Positions 41,345 to 53,430 of a DNA stretch of 64,000 nt are shown in pieces (the stretch's first letter is position 1; each line of letters begins with the position of its first letter). The translations under genes were made by a program, and so were the position numbers. The notes beneath the pieces were generated by a model. It was given only the letters and a program-made list of their open reading frames with translations, did no database searches and was not told the origin of the DNA. The stretch comes from Armatimonadota bacterium (GTDB taxonomy: Bacteria > Armatimonadota > HRBIN16), in assembly GCA_963677485.1 (NCBI GenBank), contig OY781964.1, positions 192,001 through 256,000 of the forward strand. The letters run 5' to 3'.

Positions 41345-44300
41345 TAGATAGTATACCAATTCCCCCAGGAAATAGCCCGTCAGGAAAAAAGCCTTCCGGG
41401 CTATCACCTACACGCCGTTAAACAGGCACAGCCTGCCCCATCTCAACCGTCACCTGGTGAACATGCCCGTCATCATGCCGCGTGATCTGCCTGTCAGGAA
41501 CCGCCTCACCATCCAGCATCACAGTCACCACTCCGCTGTTTACTCCGTTTGGGTTCGTGACATGAATTTCGTAGCTGGCACTGAAGTAGCGATATGTCAT
41601 CCGATACTCCTTCCAATCCACTGGGATGCACGGAGTGATCGTGAAGGCATCACCATGAAGCGTTAGCCCCAGCAGCGCCTCTACCGAGACACGGTACATC
41701 CAGGCAGACGAACCTGTGTACCAGCTCCATCCACCGCGTCCGGCATGCGGGTCTACGCTATACACATCGGCGGCCATCACATACGGCTCTACCTTGTATG
41801 TTGCTACATCACGTTCATTCGATGTGTGGTTAATGGGGTTCAACCAGTGCAGCAGCATAGCCGCCAGGTCACCTTGCCCTAGACGAGCCGCAGCTAACGC
41901 TACCCAGACGGCTGCGTGAGTATATTGCCCGCCATTTTCGCGAACACCCGGTAGATACCCCTTGATATATCCAGGCTCCAGTGCCGACCGGTCAAACGGT
42001 GGTGTCAATAATAGTACCAACTGCTTTTCAGGCCGCAGCAGATACTCACCCAACGAGGCCATGGCTTCCCTGGCCCGAGATAGTGGTGCGGTGCCTGATA
42101 TGGCCGACCAAGACTGCGCAAGCGAGTCGATTTGGCACTCTTCATTCAGCGCAGAGCCAAGAGCCTGACCATCATCCATATACGCACGTCGGTACCACCG
42201 ACCGTCCCAACCACTCGTCTCAATCGCGGTGGCCAGCTTTGAGCTCGCTTCATGGTATAGTTGCGAACGGTGATCATCCCCACGCGAGAGGCATATCTCG
42301 GCGAAGCGTGGGAGCACGGTTGTCAGGAACCAGCCAAGCCAGATGCTCTCGCCCTTGCCTTCGCGACCAACCAGACTCATGCCATCGTTCCAGTCGCAAG
42401 AACCGATTAGGGGCAGACCATGTTCACCCAGCAGCTTGATGCTGCGGTCGAGAGAACGGATGCAGTGGTCATAGAGAGTTCCGTGTGACTCAGCCACAGC
42501 CGGGATGTTATAACGGTCATCTTCATGTGCTTCTAGAGGAAGATCAGTCAGATACTGAGCGGACTCATCTAGAATCCCTGTATCACCTATCGTCGAAACA
42601 TAGTCAGCCACCACGTAAGGCAGCCACAGGTAGTCATCGGAACACCTGCTGCGAATGCCTGCACCCAACGGTGGATGCCACCAGTGCTGCACATCACCTT
42701 CCTCATACTGCCGGGCGGCGGCTCGCAATATCTGCTCACGAGTCATATCCGGGTCCGTATAAACTAGCGCCATCACATCCTGTAGCTGATCGCGGAAGCC
42801 ATACGCCCCTCCCGATTGGTAGAAACCCGACCGGGCCCAGAGACGACTGCTGATCGTCTGGTAGAGCAACCATCTGTTGAGCTGTATATCAAGTGAGTGG
42901 TCAGGAGTCTCCACTTGTATGGTGTTGAGCTGGTCATCCCAGTAGTGGCAGACATGCTCCAGGGCCTCTTGAGCCGCTCCCGGTCGCCGGAACCGGTAGA
43001 CCAAGTCACGAACCTGAGTGAGGTCGTCGCCCTCGCCCAGCACGAACAGAACCTCCTTCTCAACCTTTGGGTAAAGAGTGAACTTAATCTGTGATGCTGC
43101 GCACGGATCATACCCCGCTCCGATACGGCCCGACAACGAAACCCGCGACAGGGCAGCCGGTGAACTCATGGAACCATTCCGCCCTATGAACTCAGTCCGG
43201 TCACCGGTCAGCGTGCGATGAGGTTCACCTACCACATCCCAATAGGCGATGCGTGAGGCGTATGTTTCATCCTGGTAGGCATTGCGCGCCGTCATGACGC
43301 CTGTCTCAACATCCACATCGGTCACCATATAAGGTGCGGTGAACTGCCGATCAGTGCCCAGCACCCACTCCACATAACCGGTAGCCGAAAGCGACCGAGC
43401 TCTTACCGTGTCGTTACGCAGCTTCAGCCGGAATATCTTCGCGCGGCAGTCCACCGGCACAAACACGGTCAGCTCCTGCCAGCAGCCGTGACTGTGGTGT
43501 TCAAAAACTGTATACCCCTGGCCGTGACGGATTTGATACGGGCTGTCATCTCTGACTGGTGAAGGGCATGGCGACCAAAACTGACCCGTGTCTTCGTCAC
43601 GAAGGTATATCGCCTCACCCACCGGATCGCTCACTGGGTCGTTTGACCACGGTGAAAGCCGATGGTCATGACTGTTGTCTGTCCAGCTATACCCCGCTCC
43701 AGATTCAGACACCACACTACCAAACCTCGGATTGGCCAATACATTGACCCATGGTGCAGGTGTGGTCTCACCGGCAGCAAGCGTGATGATATACTCGTGT
43801 CCATCACGTGTAAACCCGCCCAAACCATTCGCGAAACTGATTTCGGGATTGGCAAGCGCAACCTCAGGATACACGCGCTTCACAAATGAAGCGCGAAGCT
43901 GCTTCGGCAATGGATAGTCCAGAAGCTGCAGCTCCAGTTGCCTCTGCATCGTGCCTGCTCCTCCGCTGAGGATCACCCGAGCCGCAGCCGACAATGTTAA
44001 GGCCTCTTCATCCCCTAGAACCTCCCGTTGCTTCATAAACACACCACCAGGCCGGTTCTCCATATCGCGGTCATGGCTCTCAACGAACAACTCCCTAATG
44101 CGATCACGCAGAGGCTGTAGATACCCCCCCTGCTGTTCGTTCACAATCACCAGATCGCTGCCCATACCTTTGTATCGCAGATATGCGTGTGCCTGCAGTG
44201 CGTCGCGCACCAGCTCCACTTCATCATCTCGGCTGATCCGCACCAGCATGATGGGCAGATCCCCCGATATCCCCTCCGCCCACAGCCCGGACTGACCACG

Positions 44301-47300
44301 GCGGTTGCGTGCGATGATATTTCCTTGAGTACGCCGGCGTGGACTTGGATACAATAACCGACTGGCAAGGCGTTGTGCCAGATGCGCCTTTTCGGCCGTC
44401 ATCTGCAGGAAGCGCAGCTCAATCTGGCTGTGTGTCCAAGCTAAGGCGAAGGTATGATCGGCATTTGATGTCTGCTCGTAGAACTCCACCAGTTCCATCG
44501 CCTGTTCACGGTCTGTCGCCATGGCTGTGGTGAAGTACACGCTGACCGTTTCGCCGGGTTCGATCCGAATCCGCCGACGTATTGAAAGAATCGGGTCAAG
44601 AACGGCACCCTCGCCGTTGCTGAGCTGGTGATGCCGCTCCATGGCAGCAGGATCGTGAGCATCGCGTCCTCGCCCGATGAATCCCTCACGGCTGGTCTCG
44701 TAGTTCACATAACCGTATGTCTTGCCAGCGAATGCGAAAACATGCACGAGGCATGGAGTGACTTCATTGGGTGTCCGCGGGCGTCTTTTGCATAGTAGCG
44801 CATCTTTTTCCGGTATCTTTTCGGTCTGCACGAATAGTTTGCTAAATGCGGGATGAGCGAGATCCGCCATGAACGGTGCCAGGACGACCTCGCAATAACT
44901 CGTCAGCTCTAGTCGACGCGTCTGGCTGCCGTGATTCGTGAGCGATACTCGCCGCACTTCTGCATTGTGCTCCGGGCTCACGGTCACATCCATATGAGTT
45001 TCAATACCGCCATCGTGACGTATGTACTCCACTCGGTCTGCCGAAAATGTGACGGAGTAGTCTTCAGGCTGCATGACATGCTCAGCCCGATTCTGCCCCA
45101 ACGGTTTACTTGCCGCTGACCAGATTTTGTCATTCTCCAAGTCGCGGATATAGCAGTAGCTACCCCACGAATCGCGTGTCGGGTCAGCACGCCAGCGCGT
45201 CACGGAGACACCATCGCAACTGCTGTATCCCCCTCCGGCTGCGGTGAGCAGCACCGAATAGTGACCGTTTGACAGGAAGTGCCCTTCTGGCTCCGGGGTG
45301 TCAGGAGTTGTGTAACGGCGGGTGATCGGTGCTTCTATCGGACTGCTGATTCGGCAGGCCACATCGTCAGACTGCGGGTCCTCCGTCAGAACCACGTACC
45401 GAGGCAGCCGCTCCTGCAGCAGCAGCTCCGTCGCACGCACCATGGGTTCGGAATGGAATCTTCGCTGCATGATATTGCGCTGCAGCGCATTGGTTATCGA
45501 CAGTAAGGACATCCCCTGGTGATGAGCCATCTCGCTGCGGATGATAACCGACTTGGTGCCAGACGGCAGCCGCTCAGACGTATAATCAAGCGCTTCATAT
45601 AGTCCATACAGGTTTTCCATCCCTTTTGTAATCAGCCTGCGGATGTTGCGCATGGCGACCCCTGGGTCTACAGCCAGAGCCAGCATAGTGGCGTATGGCG
45701 CCACGACATAGTCAGAAGACAGACCTCGCTTCACACCAAGCCCTGGTGTGCCAAACGCCATATAGCTATAGTTCATATGTATATCGCGGGCGTTGAACCC
45801 TGATTCGGAAACGCCCCAGGGAAGGCCTAACTCAGAACCATAGGCCTGTTGCCGCTTCACAACCGCCACATACGTTTCGTCCAGCAGGCAGCCAGGGTAG
45901 TTTCGCATCAGCAACAGCGGCATCAAGTATTCGAACATCGTGCCGCTCCAGGATAACAATGCCCGCATGTTCCCGACCTGAATAAACTTGCGTCCCAGTA
46001 AAAACCAGTGCTTCTCGGGCACATCGCCCTTGGCAATCGCCACAAAACTGGCCATACGCGCTTCAGAGGCTAGCAGGTCATAATAGGCCGCATCGACCTT
46101 CGTATTATCGACCTGGTATCCTATGTGGAACAGGTTGCGTTTGGGATTGTAGAGCAGCGAAAAGTCCATCTCCTCAACACGCCTGGTCAGCCATTCGGTC
46201 AGCGTTTGACAGCGTTCTCGTATATGAATGACTTCATCATGAAGTGAAGGAGCATCAGGAGCCAGCCCCAGCACCAATGCGAGTGTGGTTTCCGGCACAT
46301 GAAGTATCTCCAGAATGCCTTGCTTCAGTGCGATCAGACTGCCTGCCAGGTTGCCGCTATCCACCGTTGAGATATATCGAGGCTCTAGAACGGCCAAGGT
46401 CTGTGTATCATACCAGTTATACCAGTGACCTGAAATACACGGCAGCTTCTGCATGGTATCCACGGTCCGGCAGATTCTATCCAGCATATCCCTCAAGCTG
46501 AGGAAGCCAAGGTCGTAAGCAGCCAACGCTGACAGTAGATACATGCCCATATTGGTAGGTGAAGTCCTATGGGCAACAGTGCCTTCAAGATGAGAGCTGG
46601 CGGTATCGACATGCTCCTGGTAGTTATCAGGCGGAAGGTCGTTGTCATCAGTCCCCACCATATCCGCAAAAAACTGCCAGGTCTTGCGTGCCAGATCGGT
46701 TAATGACTGGCGGTCCCGCTCACTAAGGGTGATGGACCTTGAAACACTCGGGCGGCTTACCAGCCAGGCTATGACGGGCGAAAACAGCCATAACAGCAGC
46801 AATGGCGCCAGCCATGCGAAAGAGGCTGTGTGATATGCCAGTACAGCCACGATAATCAACCCAGCAGACACCGGGGCCGCCCACATCGAGTATATGTAGT
46901 CCCCTACCCCTTTTCGCAGCCGCTGCTCAGCGCTGGCGGCGGTCTCCCACTCCAATAGTTGCCGTTGCGATGTCAACAGCCGCGCGAGCGTGCTTATTAC
47001 AGCGTTGAGCATCACATACGCCTGATGCGGCAGCAACGTGATGGACAGCATCAGTTGACGAAGCATCACACCAAGGTGCGGGAACAGGCGCCGAAAGGCA
47101 CCATTCATGAAGATAGACCAGTTTGTGCGCAGATCATCCGTCACATATATCATGATAGGAAAGGCCAAGGCTAATAACGCGAAACCCAGCCACAGGCCAT
47201 AGCCACCAGGTAAAACAGTCATACCAGCCGTCAGCATGATAAAAGTAGCAGGGGCGACCAGGCTGCGGCGTAGATTGTCCAGTATTTTCCATCGCGAGAT

Positions 47301-49264
47301 GAGCGTGAGTGGGTTGGCAATACGCTCCCCTGCCGCATTCCGCGGAGAAGTCAATAACCATGGCAGGAGCTGCCAGTCGCCGCGGACCCATCGATGAATT
47401 CGCGAAACAGATGCCAGATAGTGCGCAGGATAACTGTCCACCATCTCGATGTCGGTCACCATACCGGCGCGTACATGGGTACCTTCCAGCAGGTCATGGC
47501 TAAGCACGCTGTTTTCGGGCAGTGTACTGTCCAATATAGTGATAAAGGTATCTACATCGTAGATGCCCTTACCCATGTAGATGCCCTCTTGAAACAGGTC
47601 CTGGTAGATATCCGAGACAGCGGTGGGATAAGGATCGACGCCTGTTTGACCGGCATAGATAGAAGCAAACAGTGACCGGCTGGCGCTCGTGACCCCAATG
47701 GTCACCCGCGGCTGCAGCACACCATATCCTTCGATTACCCGTGTATGCGCTTCGTTCATGATCGCCTGGTTCAACGGATGAGCTAATGTGCCAATCAACC
47801 TCTTCGCAGCATCCCTGGGTAGTTGGGTATCTTCATCTAATGTGATGACGAATCGGGTGCCCTGGATGACCGTCAAGTCACCGACGACAGGAATAAAACT
47901 GGTGTCAGTATTGCCCCTTAACAGGCGATTGAACTCCTCAAGCTTGCCGCGCTTGCGCTCCCAGCCCATCCATGTGCCGGCCACAGGGTTCCAGGTGCGT
48001 TTGCGTTGGAACAGGTAAAACACAGTTTCATCACCCGGATACTTCTCATTCAATGCCCGCACGGCCCGCTGTGCATATTCAAGGTGTTCATTCTCATGCG
48101 GTAAACGCTGCTCTGTGGCGTCGGGGAAGTCACTTAGCAAGGCAAAATGCAGATGGCTCTCCATGTTGGCCAGGTAATACACTTCCATCTGGTTCACTAA
48201 TGACTGCGTACGACGGTCATCTATGAGCATGGTATGTATCACCACCACGCTGCGCAGATCCTGCGGGATGCCTTCTTTTAACTCCAGCTTAGGCAAGCGG
48301 CACGGTGGAACTGACCTCATGACAGACCACCCGATCACGTTGATGGCCAAGTCACTGGCTGGTAGGATCATCAACACAAGAGCCCACCACCAGCCTACCG
48401 GATTAGTAGGAGCAGCTAGATACATCATTAACGCTACGATCACGCCAGTGAAGAGGATGATGGCTGCTGGATACAGTGGCGGAGCGATGTGGTCTACCAT
48501 ACGGCCAACATGGTAGAAAACACCAGATGCACGGCCACGCAGACGCACATTCAACTCTTCACGCCCGCGGTCGATTAAGTAAAATCCGATGTGCTGGCGC
48601 TTAATGGGTAAGTCGCCGCGTGTCATCGCCTCCGTGGCAAGCGTGACTACACAATGAGCCACGTCCATCTCGACATTATGTGTTGCTTTAGCAATCGCCT
48701 CAACAGCATGACGGTACCGGTCTCGCGTGGGGAAGTCCATCTGAACATAGGTGCCACAGGGGTCTTCGCGCAGTATCGCATCCATCCGGCTGACACGTTC
48801 GAAGAAGTCTGTCCAGTCGTATTCGGCGATGAACCGAAGGCTGGTGATACAGTTGCTCACAGATGCCAGGTTCGCAGCCTCATCGCTGTGGGTGATTTGC
48901 TTGATGTCGTCAAAGCTCATGTTTTGAAGAGCTAGCCGTTCGTCCAGCCACTTCCAGAGCGGGGTAGCTTGCGGGCCTTGATCCAGGAACCGCTGCAGCA
49001 AATACACCGAAAACACGGGATCGAGCGTGCCCAACAGACTGTCATGTTCGGCGATGATGGCATCAAGTCGGGTCGGGTCGACACTCGCTTCAGCGAATAG
49101 ATGGTCTGCCCACTCATCGGCCATCGCCCGCCGCTGTTGGCCATACACAATCTGTTGGGTGAGGCGCTGAAGGTTCTGCACCAAAGCGATCTGCATCATT
49201 GTCGGCAAAGCCCAGAGTTCGCCGCTAGAGAGGGTCACTTCCGTCTGGTATCCATTGGTAAATC

Positions 49265-50924
49265 CTAAGGCGGCTTAGCCGCAACCAAAAAAGGAATGAT
49301 TGCATTCGCCACGTAATATACATTCAAACACCCTTTCGTGAGGTTGCCCAGAATGACATCACTTCAAGAACGCTATGCAAAGCAGATAGCTGGGGTATAT
49401 TCATGCTTCGACCGCATAGTTATCACCGGTACAATCCCAGGCTGGTGTCATAGCGACGGAATGGGCATCTATCTTCATCAACGCAACATCAGGCTATTTG
49501 ACTTTCCTAAGGAATTTGCCGAACCTCTACGAGATGAGATCAAAGCCAATGCGGAACGCCTTGCCGTTACCAACAGCATTGAAATTGAGTATATACGCCG
49601 TGCCTCTTCATTTCGAAAAGAAGACCGCATCAAAGAGATCATTAGTAGTCGAGGGTGTCACCCCGGTCTCGTCCACATATTCTCAGTGTTGGAAAAATGT
49701 CCTGCATACACCCCGTGGCACGACAAGATTACCCACAAAACCCGGCTGAATATCAAGGAGACCAAGTGTCTTCATTACTACTTCTATTTCATCGATGCAG
49801 AGTTTGGACTGTGCTATCTACGAGTTCCGACCTGGGTGCCCTTCCGTCTGCAATTCTATTGTAATGGACACAATTATCTCGCGCATTGCCTTCAATCCGA
49901 GGGAGTAGTTTTCACTCCACTGGACAACGCCTTTGTAAAAATCGACGACTTTAGCTGTGCTCAGAGGCTGGCAGACGCTTTTCCTGCTGATAAGCTGCAC
50001 CATGCGCTGGATGCATTTGCCAGAATGTATTGCCCCGTGATACGGCTTGCTGACAATTCATATCATTGGTCGCTAATGCAGGTGGAATATGCTACAGACA
50101 TCGTGTTCAAACGCGCCGAAGACCTCAAAGCCATCTACGATAATCTAGTCAAAACAGCGATACATACGGTAACGCCAGAGTCTATCGCGATGTTTCTTGG
50201 TAAGAAACTTGATGGGCGAACACTCGCTGAGATCGGCACTGACTACAAGTTCGATCGCCGCATACAAGGCACGCGCATCAAACACTACATGGGATGGGCT
50301 TCTATCAAAATGTATGACAAGCAAGGGATAATCTTGCGTATCGAGACGACTGTGAATGACGTCTCTGAATTTAAACACTACCGTGAGGTAGAACATCATG
50401 ATGGGACGACTGAGATTAAATACGCCCCTATGCAAAAGACCATCTACAGCCTTCCTCCATTGAGGGAACTGTTATTATCTGCAAACAACAGATATCTTGA
50501 CTTTCTTTCCGCCCTTGATGACAACAGCGATGGTGAACATCAGATCATCAAAATCGCGACCTCGACCACCCGTGATCATCGCTCGTATCGAGGATTCAAC
50601 CTTTTCCTCAAGAAGGATTTGGAATGTCTCATTGCACTTGCTCGCGGAGAGGGATGCATCAGCGGGATCACAAACCGTATGCTTCAAAAAGCCTTACCGC
50701 AGATGTCCAGCTCTCAGATATCATACTTCATCAAGCGATGCCGAGTATTCCGGCTCGTTAAAAAATGCGGTAAACGCTACAAATACTACCTCACTGCACT
50801 TGGCAAGCGTATCATCATGGCAGCACTTGCTATTCGCCAGATCGTTGTGCCTAACGCTTTGTGTGGTGCGTAATATCAGAATATTCTATACACCGTGTTC
50901 AAAATATGGTTGGTAAGATACTAA
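49265..50924 (+). mobile_element. IS-like element, copy 2
   Basis: Same sequence and same CTAA boundaries as copy 1; the empty site AAATCCTAATAATGCC restores the host reading frame. Confidence 0.96.
49353..50873 (+). CDS. Putative transposase with Rep_trans-like motifs (identical to copy 1)
   Basis: Translation identical to 22631-24166. Confidence 0.8.
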   Translation: MTSLQERYAKQIAGVYSCFDRIVITGTIPGWCHSDGMGIYLHQRNIRLFDFPKEFAEPLRDEIKANAERLAVTNSIEIEYIRRASSFRKEDRIKEIISSRGCHPGLVHIFSVLEKCPAYTPWHDKITHKTRLNIKETKCLHYYFYFIDAEFGLCYLRVPTWVPFRLQFYCNGHNYLAHCLQSEGVVFTPLDNAFVKIDDFSCAQRLADAFPADKLHHALDAFARMYCPVIRLADNSYHWSLMQVEYATDIVFKRAEDLKAIYDNLVKTAIHTVTPESIAMFLGKKLDGRTLAEIGTDYKFDRRIQGTRIKHYMGWASIKMYDKQGIILRIETTVNDVSEFKHYREVEHHDGTTEIKYAPMQKTIYSLPPLRELLLSANNRYLDFLSALDDNSDGEHQIIKIATSTTRDHRSYRGFNLFLKKDLECLIALARGEGCISGITNRMLQKALPQMSSSQISYFIKRCRVFRLVKKCGKRYKYYLTALGKRIIMAALAIRQIVVPNALCGA

Positions 50925-51605
50925 TAATGCCTCTTCGGAGAGCAGACCGTCTGTATGGGCAACCAACTCATACGCGATACCATATATCCGTGGATACCCG
51001 CTTAATGATGTGGTAACGAGCTGAGGGAGTTCCTTATAGAACCCGGAAGGCATATTTTTACGAATATCGCGAACTTGCCCGTGTATGATGTACGCATTAT
51101 CAAGCAGCCATTCCACAGACCGGCTAAGGGGTACACGGTCTCTCACCCAGCTAGTAATGATCTTCTGAGAGGCGTTCAACGCACGGTAGTCGGCTTCAAG
51201 GCGCGCCAGCAATCGGTGCGAGCGACGAGTATGCTTGGTGACGGAATGTGTACGGGCCAACGTTTGAGCGTATGCTTCAAGCTGATTTGGTGGCAGCAGA
51301 ACGTCGCGGATTGGTGTCGATACTGGTTCGATCGCGATTCCGGTACGCAACCAGGCAACATGAGAAGGCTTCATAAATTGTTCATCATAGTCATACTTTC
51401 TGTGAGGCAGTTCGCTTACACACTAAGGGTACCCGTTCCTGCCCTGCTGATATCGTGAAAAAGCTGTCAGTTAGATAATTCATACAGAAATGGTGATGAA
51501 ATACTTACAGAGCGGCTCCATTGAATATTTGCAACCTTTGTATTTGGCTGATACTGACATATTTACTAGTGCTTAGGGTTTGTGTGGGGCAGGATGGAGA
51601 AAATG

Positions 51606-51633
51606 AAAAAACCTCAACCTTTCGGTTGAGGTT
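51606..51633 (-). terminator. Intrinsic terminator of tRNA-fMet copy 2
   Basis: AACCTCAACC-GAAA-GGTTGAGGTT plus U tract. Confidence 0.85.
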
Positions 51634-51637
51634 AACA

Positions 51638-51713
51638 TGGGTGCGGGGGAAAGATTCGAACTTACGACCTCCGGGTTATGAGCCCGGCGAGCTGACCACT
51701 GCTCCACCCCGCA
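51638..51713 (-). tRNA. Initiator tRNA-fMet(CAT), copy 2
   Basis: Identical 76 nt to 41269-41344. Confidence 0.93.
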
Positions 51714-51894
51714 AAGATAGTATATCAATTCCAACTACACATTGCAAGTGTGCCAATTTGGATGCTCGCATCATGGCTGATTGCTGTGATTTCGCTCCTT
51801 GACAAGGCAGTCACACATATATATGTATGTAAGGAGAAAACCTAATCGCCAGTATGAGGCATCACGATGCTAACCAGTGCTCACATAAAACGAG

Positions 51895-51925
51895 GGGCCA
51901 TCGCAGCGCGAAGCTGCGATGGCCC
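51895..51925 (-). terminator. Hairpin downstream of the sugar kinase operon
   Basis: GGGCCATCGCAGC-loop-GCTGCGATGGCCC. Confidence 0.65.
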
Positions 51926-51948
51926 TGTAATGCACGGTGATCCGTAGC

Positions 51949-53430
51949 CTAAGCCTGCGGTATCAACGCCTTCGTCAGATGCCGGTATTTCGCGGCGCGC
52001 TGCTGATAGATGCCGTGACGGCGCGTATCGGGATCAAACACCCGCCCCCTCTTCACCCACTGAGCGGCCAACGCCGCAGGGTCGGTAAAAACCCCGCTGC
52101 CCAGACCGGCCAGCATGGCTGCTCCCAGCGTGCCCGCTTCGGTGTTCTGAAGCCGCACAAAGGGGATGCCCATGATGTCAGCCTTCAACTGCATCCACAC
52201 GTCGTTGTTGGCCCCACCGCCGTTTGCTACGAACTCGGTGGTGTCCATGCCAGTGTCAAACAGCGGCTGCATGCGTTCGGCAAACCAGAAGGTCTCCCCT
52301 TCCATCACCGCTTTCATGATCTCCTCACGCGTGGAGTTCATCTTCAGTCCGACGATGGCCCCCTCGGCGTCCGGCACGAAATGCGGATATGGCGTGGTAT
52401 CAAAATACGGCAGCACGGTGAGCTCTGTCGGCTCTTCCGGCACCAGTTTGCCAAGCTCAGTGAATACATCCACCCCCTGGGCCGCCAGTTCCGGTGCGAA
52501 GGTATCACGGAACCAGCGCATCAATGCCCCACCCTGGTTATAGATGAATGACACATACAACCCCGGCAGTGTGTGGTGCTCGATGTTCAGCCCAAGCTTC
52601 ATCATCTGACCCATGTCAGGGATGCCCTGATAAGTAGGCGTGATGCACTCGTAGGTGCCGATGCCGGTCACGGAACGTCCGCCAGAGGTGATCCCGGCGC
52701 CCAGGCTGCAGCAGCACTGATCATGTCCGCCCACAACCACCTTCACGCCATGCGGCAGACCCAGTTTGTCCGCCATCTGATCGCTGACCACACCCGCCAC
52801 CGCTCCGCCAGGAAGCGGCTTCGGCAGCAGCTCGCGGGCGATCCCGCTGGCGGACAGCAGCTCATCGCTCCAGTCCTGCTTCACGATGTCAAACAGCAGC
52901 GTGCGGTTGGCGTGGGAATAGCTGGTGGTCGGTTCGCAGCCCAGCATGAACATCACCAGGTCGCCCATCAGCAGGAACTTGTCGGTCTGCTGATACACCT
53001 CAGGGTTGTTATCCTGAAGCCAGCGCATCTTGGGCATCGAATAGTTACTGCCCGGGAAGTTGGGGTTGATGCGGTAGAACGCCTCCAGCCCCATCTTCTC
53101 CACAAGCTGATTGGCATATTCCTCCCCGCGGATATCCGAGGAGAGGATGCATCGGTCGAGTATCTGACGGTCACCGCCGACAGGAGTCACCGCTTCGCCC
53201 ATCGAGCTCACGCAGAGAGCCGTGATGGGGTCTTGCTTCGACTGCGCGGCGACCTCGGAGATCACCTGCCACAGATCGGCCAAAACCACACGGCTATCCA
53301 GCTCTGCCCAGCCGGGCCTGGGAATCGCCGTGGGATACTCCCGCGACGCGGTGGCCAGGCACCGGCCTTCTAGACTGAAGGCCGATGCTTTGCAGCGTGT
53401 GGTCCCGACATCAATGCCCAGCAGGCTCAT
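51949..53430 (-). CDS. FGGY-family carbohydrate kinase (xylulokinase-like)
   Basis: LGIDVGTT, GGHDQCC, GGGAN...WMQLKAD, LGAAMLAG. Confidence 0.9.
   Translation of the reverse strand: MSLLGIDVGTTRCKASAFSLEGRCLATASREYPTAIPRPGWAELDSRVVLADLWQVISEVAAQSKQDPITALCVSSMGEAVTPVGGDRQILDRCILSSDIRGEEYANQLVEKMGLEAFYRINPNFPGSNYSMPKMRWLQDNNPEVYQQTDKFLLMGDLVMFMLGCEPTTSYSHANRTLLFDIVKQDWSDELLSASGIARELLPKPLPGGAVAGVVSDQMADKLGLPHGVKVVVGGHDQCCCSLGAGITSGGRSVTGIGTYECITPTYQGIPDMGQMMKLGLNIEHHTLPGLYVSFIYNQGGALMRWFRDTFAPELAAQGVDVFTELGKLVPEEPTELTVLPYFDTTPYPHFVPDAEGAIVGLKMNSTREEIMKAVMEGETFWFAERMQPLFDTGMDTTEFVANGGGANNDVWMQLKADIMGIPFVRLQNTEAGTLGAAMLAGLGSGVFTDPAALAAQWVKRGRVFDPDTRRHGIYQQRAAKYRHLTKALIPQA

Larger units (their letters stand above)
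41418..51374 (-). pseudogene. Cyclic beta-1,2-glucan synthase-like protein (NdvB/ChvB/Cgs family; GT84 + glucoamylase-like + GH94), interrupted by the mobile element
   Basis: Motifs WERKRGKL, LSHDLLEG, RWVRGDWQLL, LLASEAR, SWSGTMFEYLMP, QSGGAYGFRDQLQD, GVRENGGQYTHAA. Removing 1,656 bp fuses ...SEEALL|GFTNGYQTEVTLSSGELWALP in frame (8,301 nt, 2,766 aa). Confidence 0.92.

Noticed and set aside
50886-50920. C-terminal VSYQPYFEHGV of the 162-aa ORF as a genuine protein end
   Set aside because: It is read-through into the element's right end; this ORF is the N-terminal fragment of the glucan synthase.
22558-50924. Composite transposon bounded by the two element copies
   Set aside because: Each copy has its own restorable empty site, and copy 2 splits a gene that continues on both sides, so these are independent insertions.
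41269-51713. Prophage or integrative element at tRNA-Met
   Set aside because: No integrase or phage genes, and both tRNA copies are complete with their own terminators.
51799-51890. TTGACA plus an AT-rich palindrome, possible small plus-strand transcript
   Set aside because: No convincing -10 at the correct spacing and no ORF or known RNA motif.
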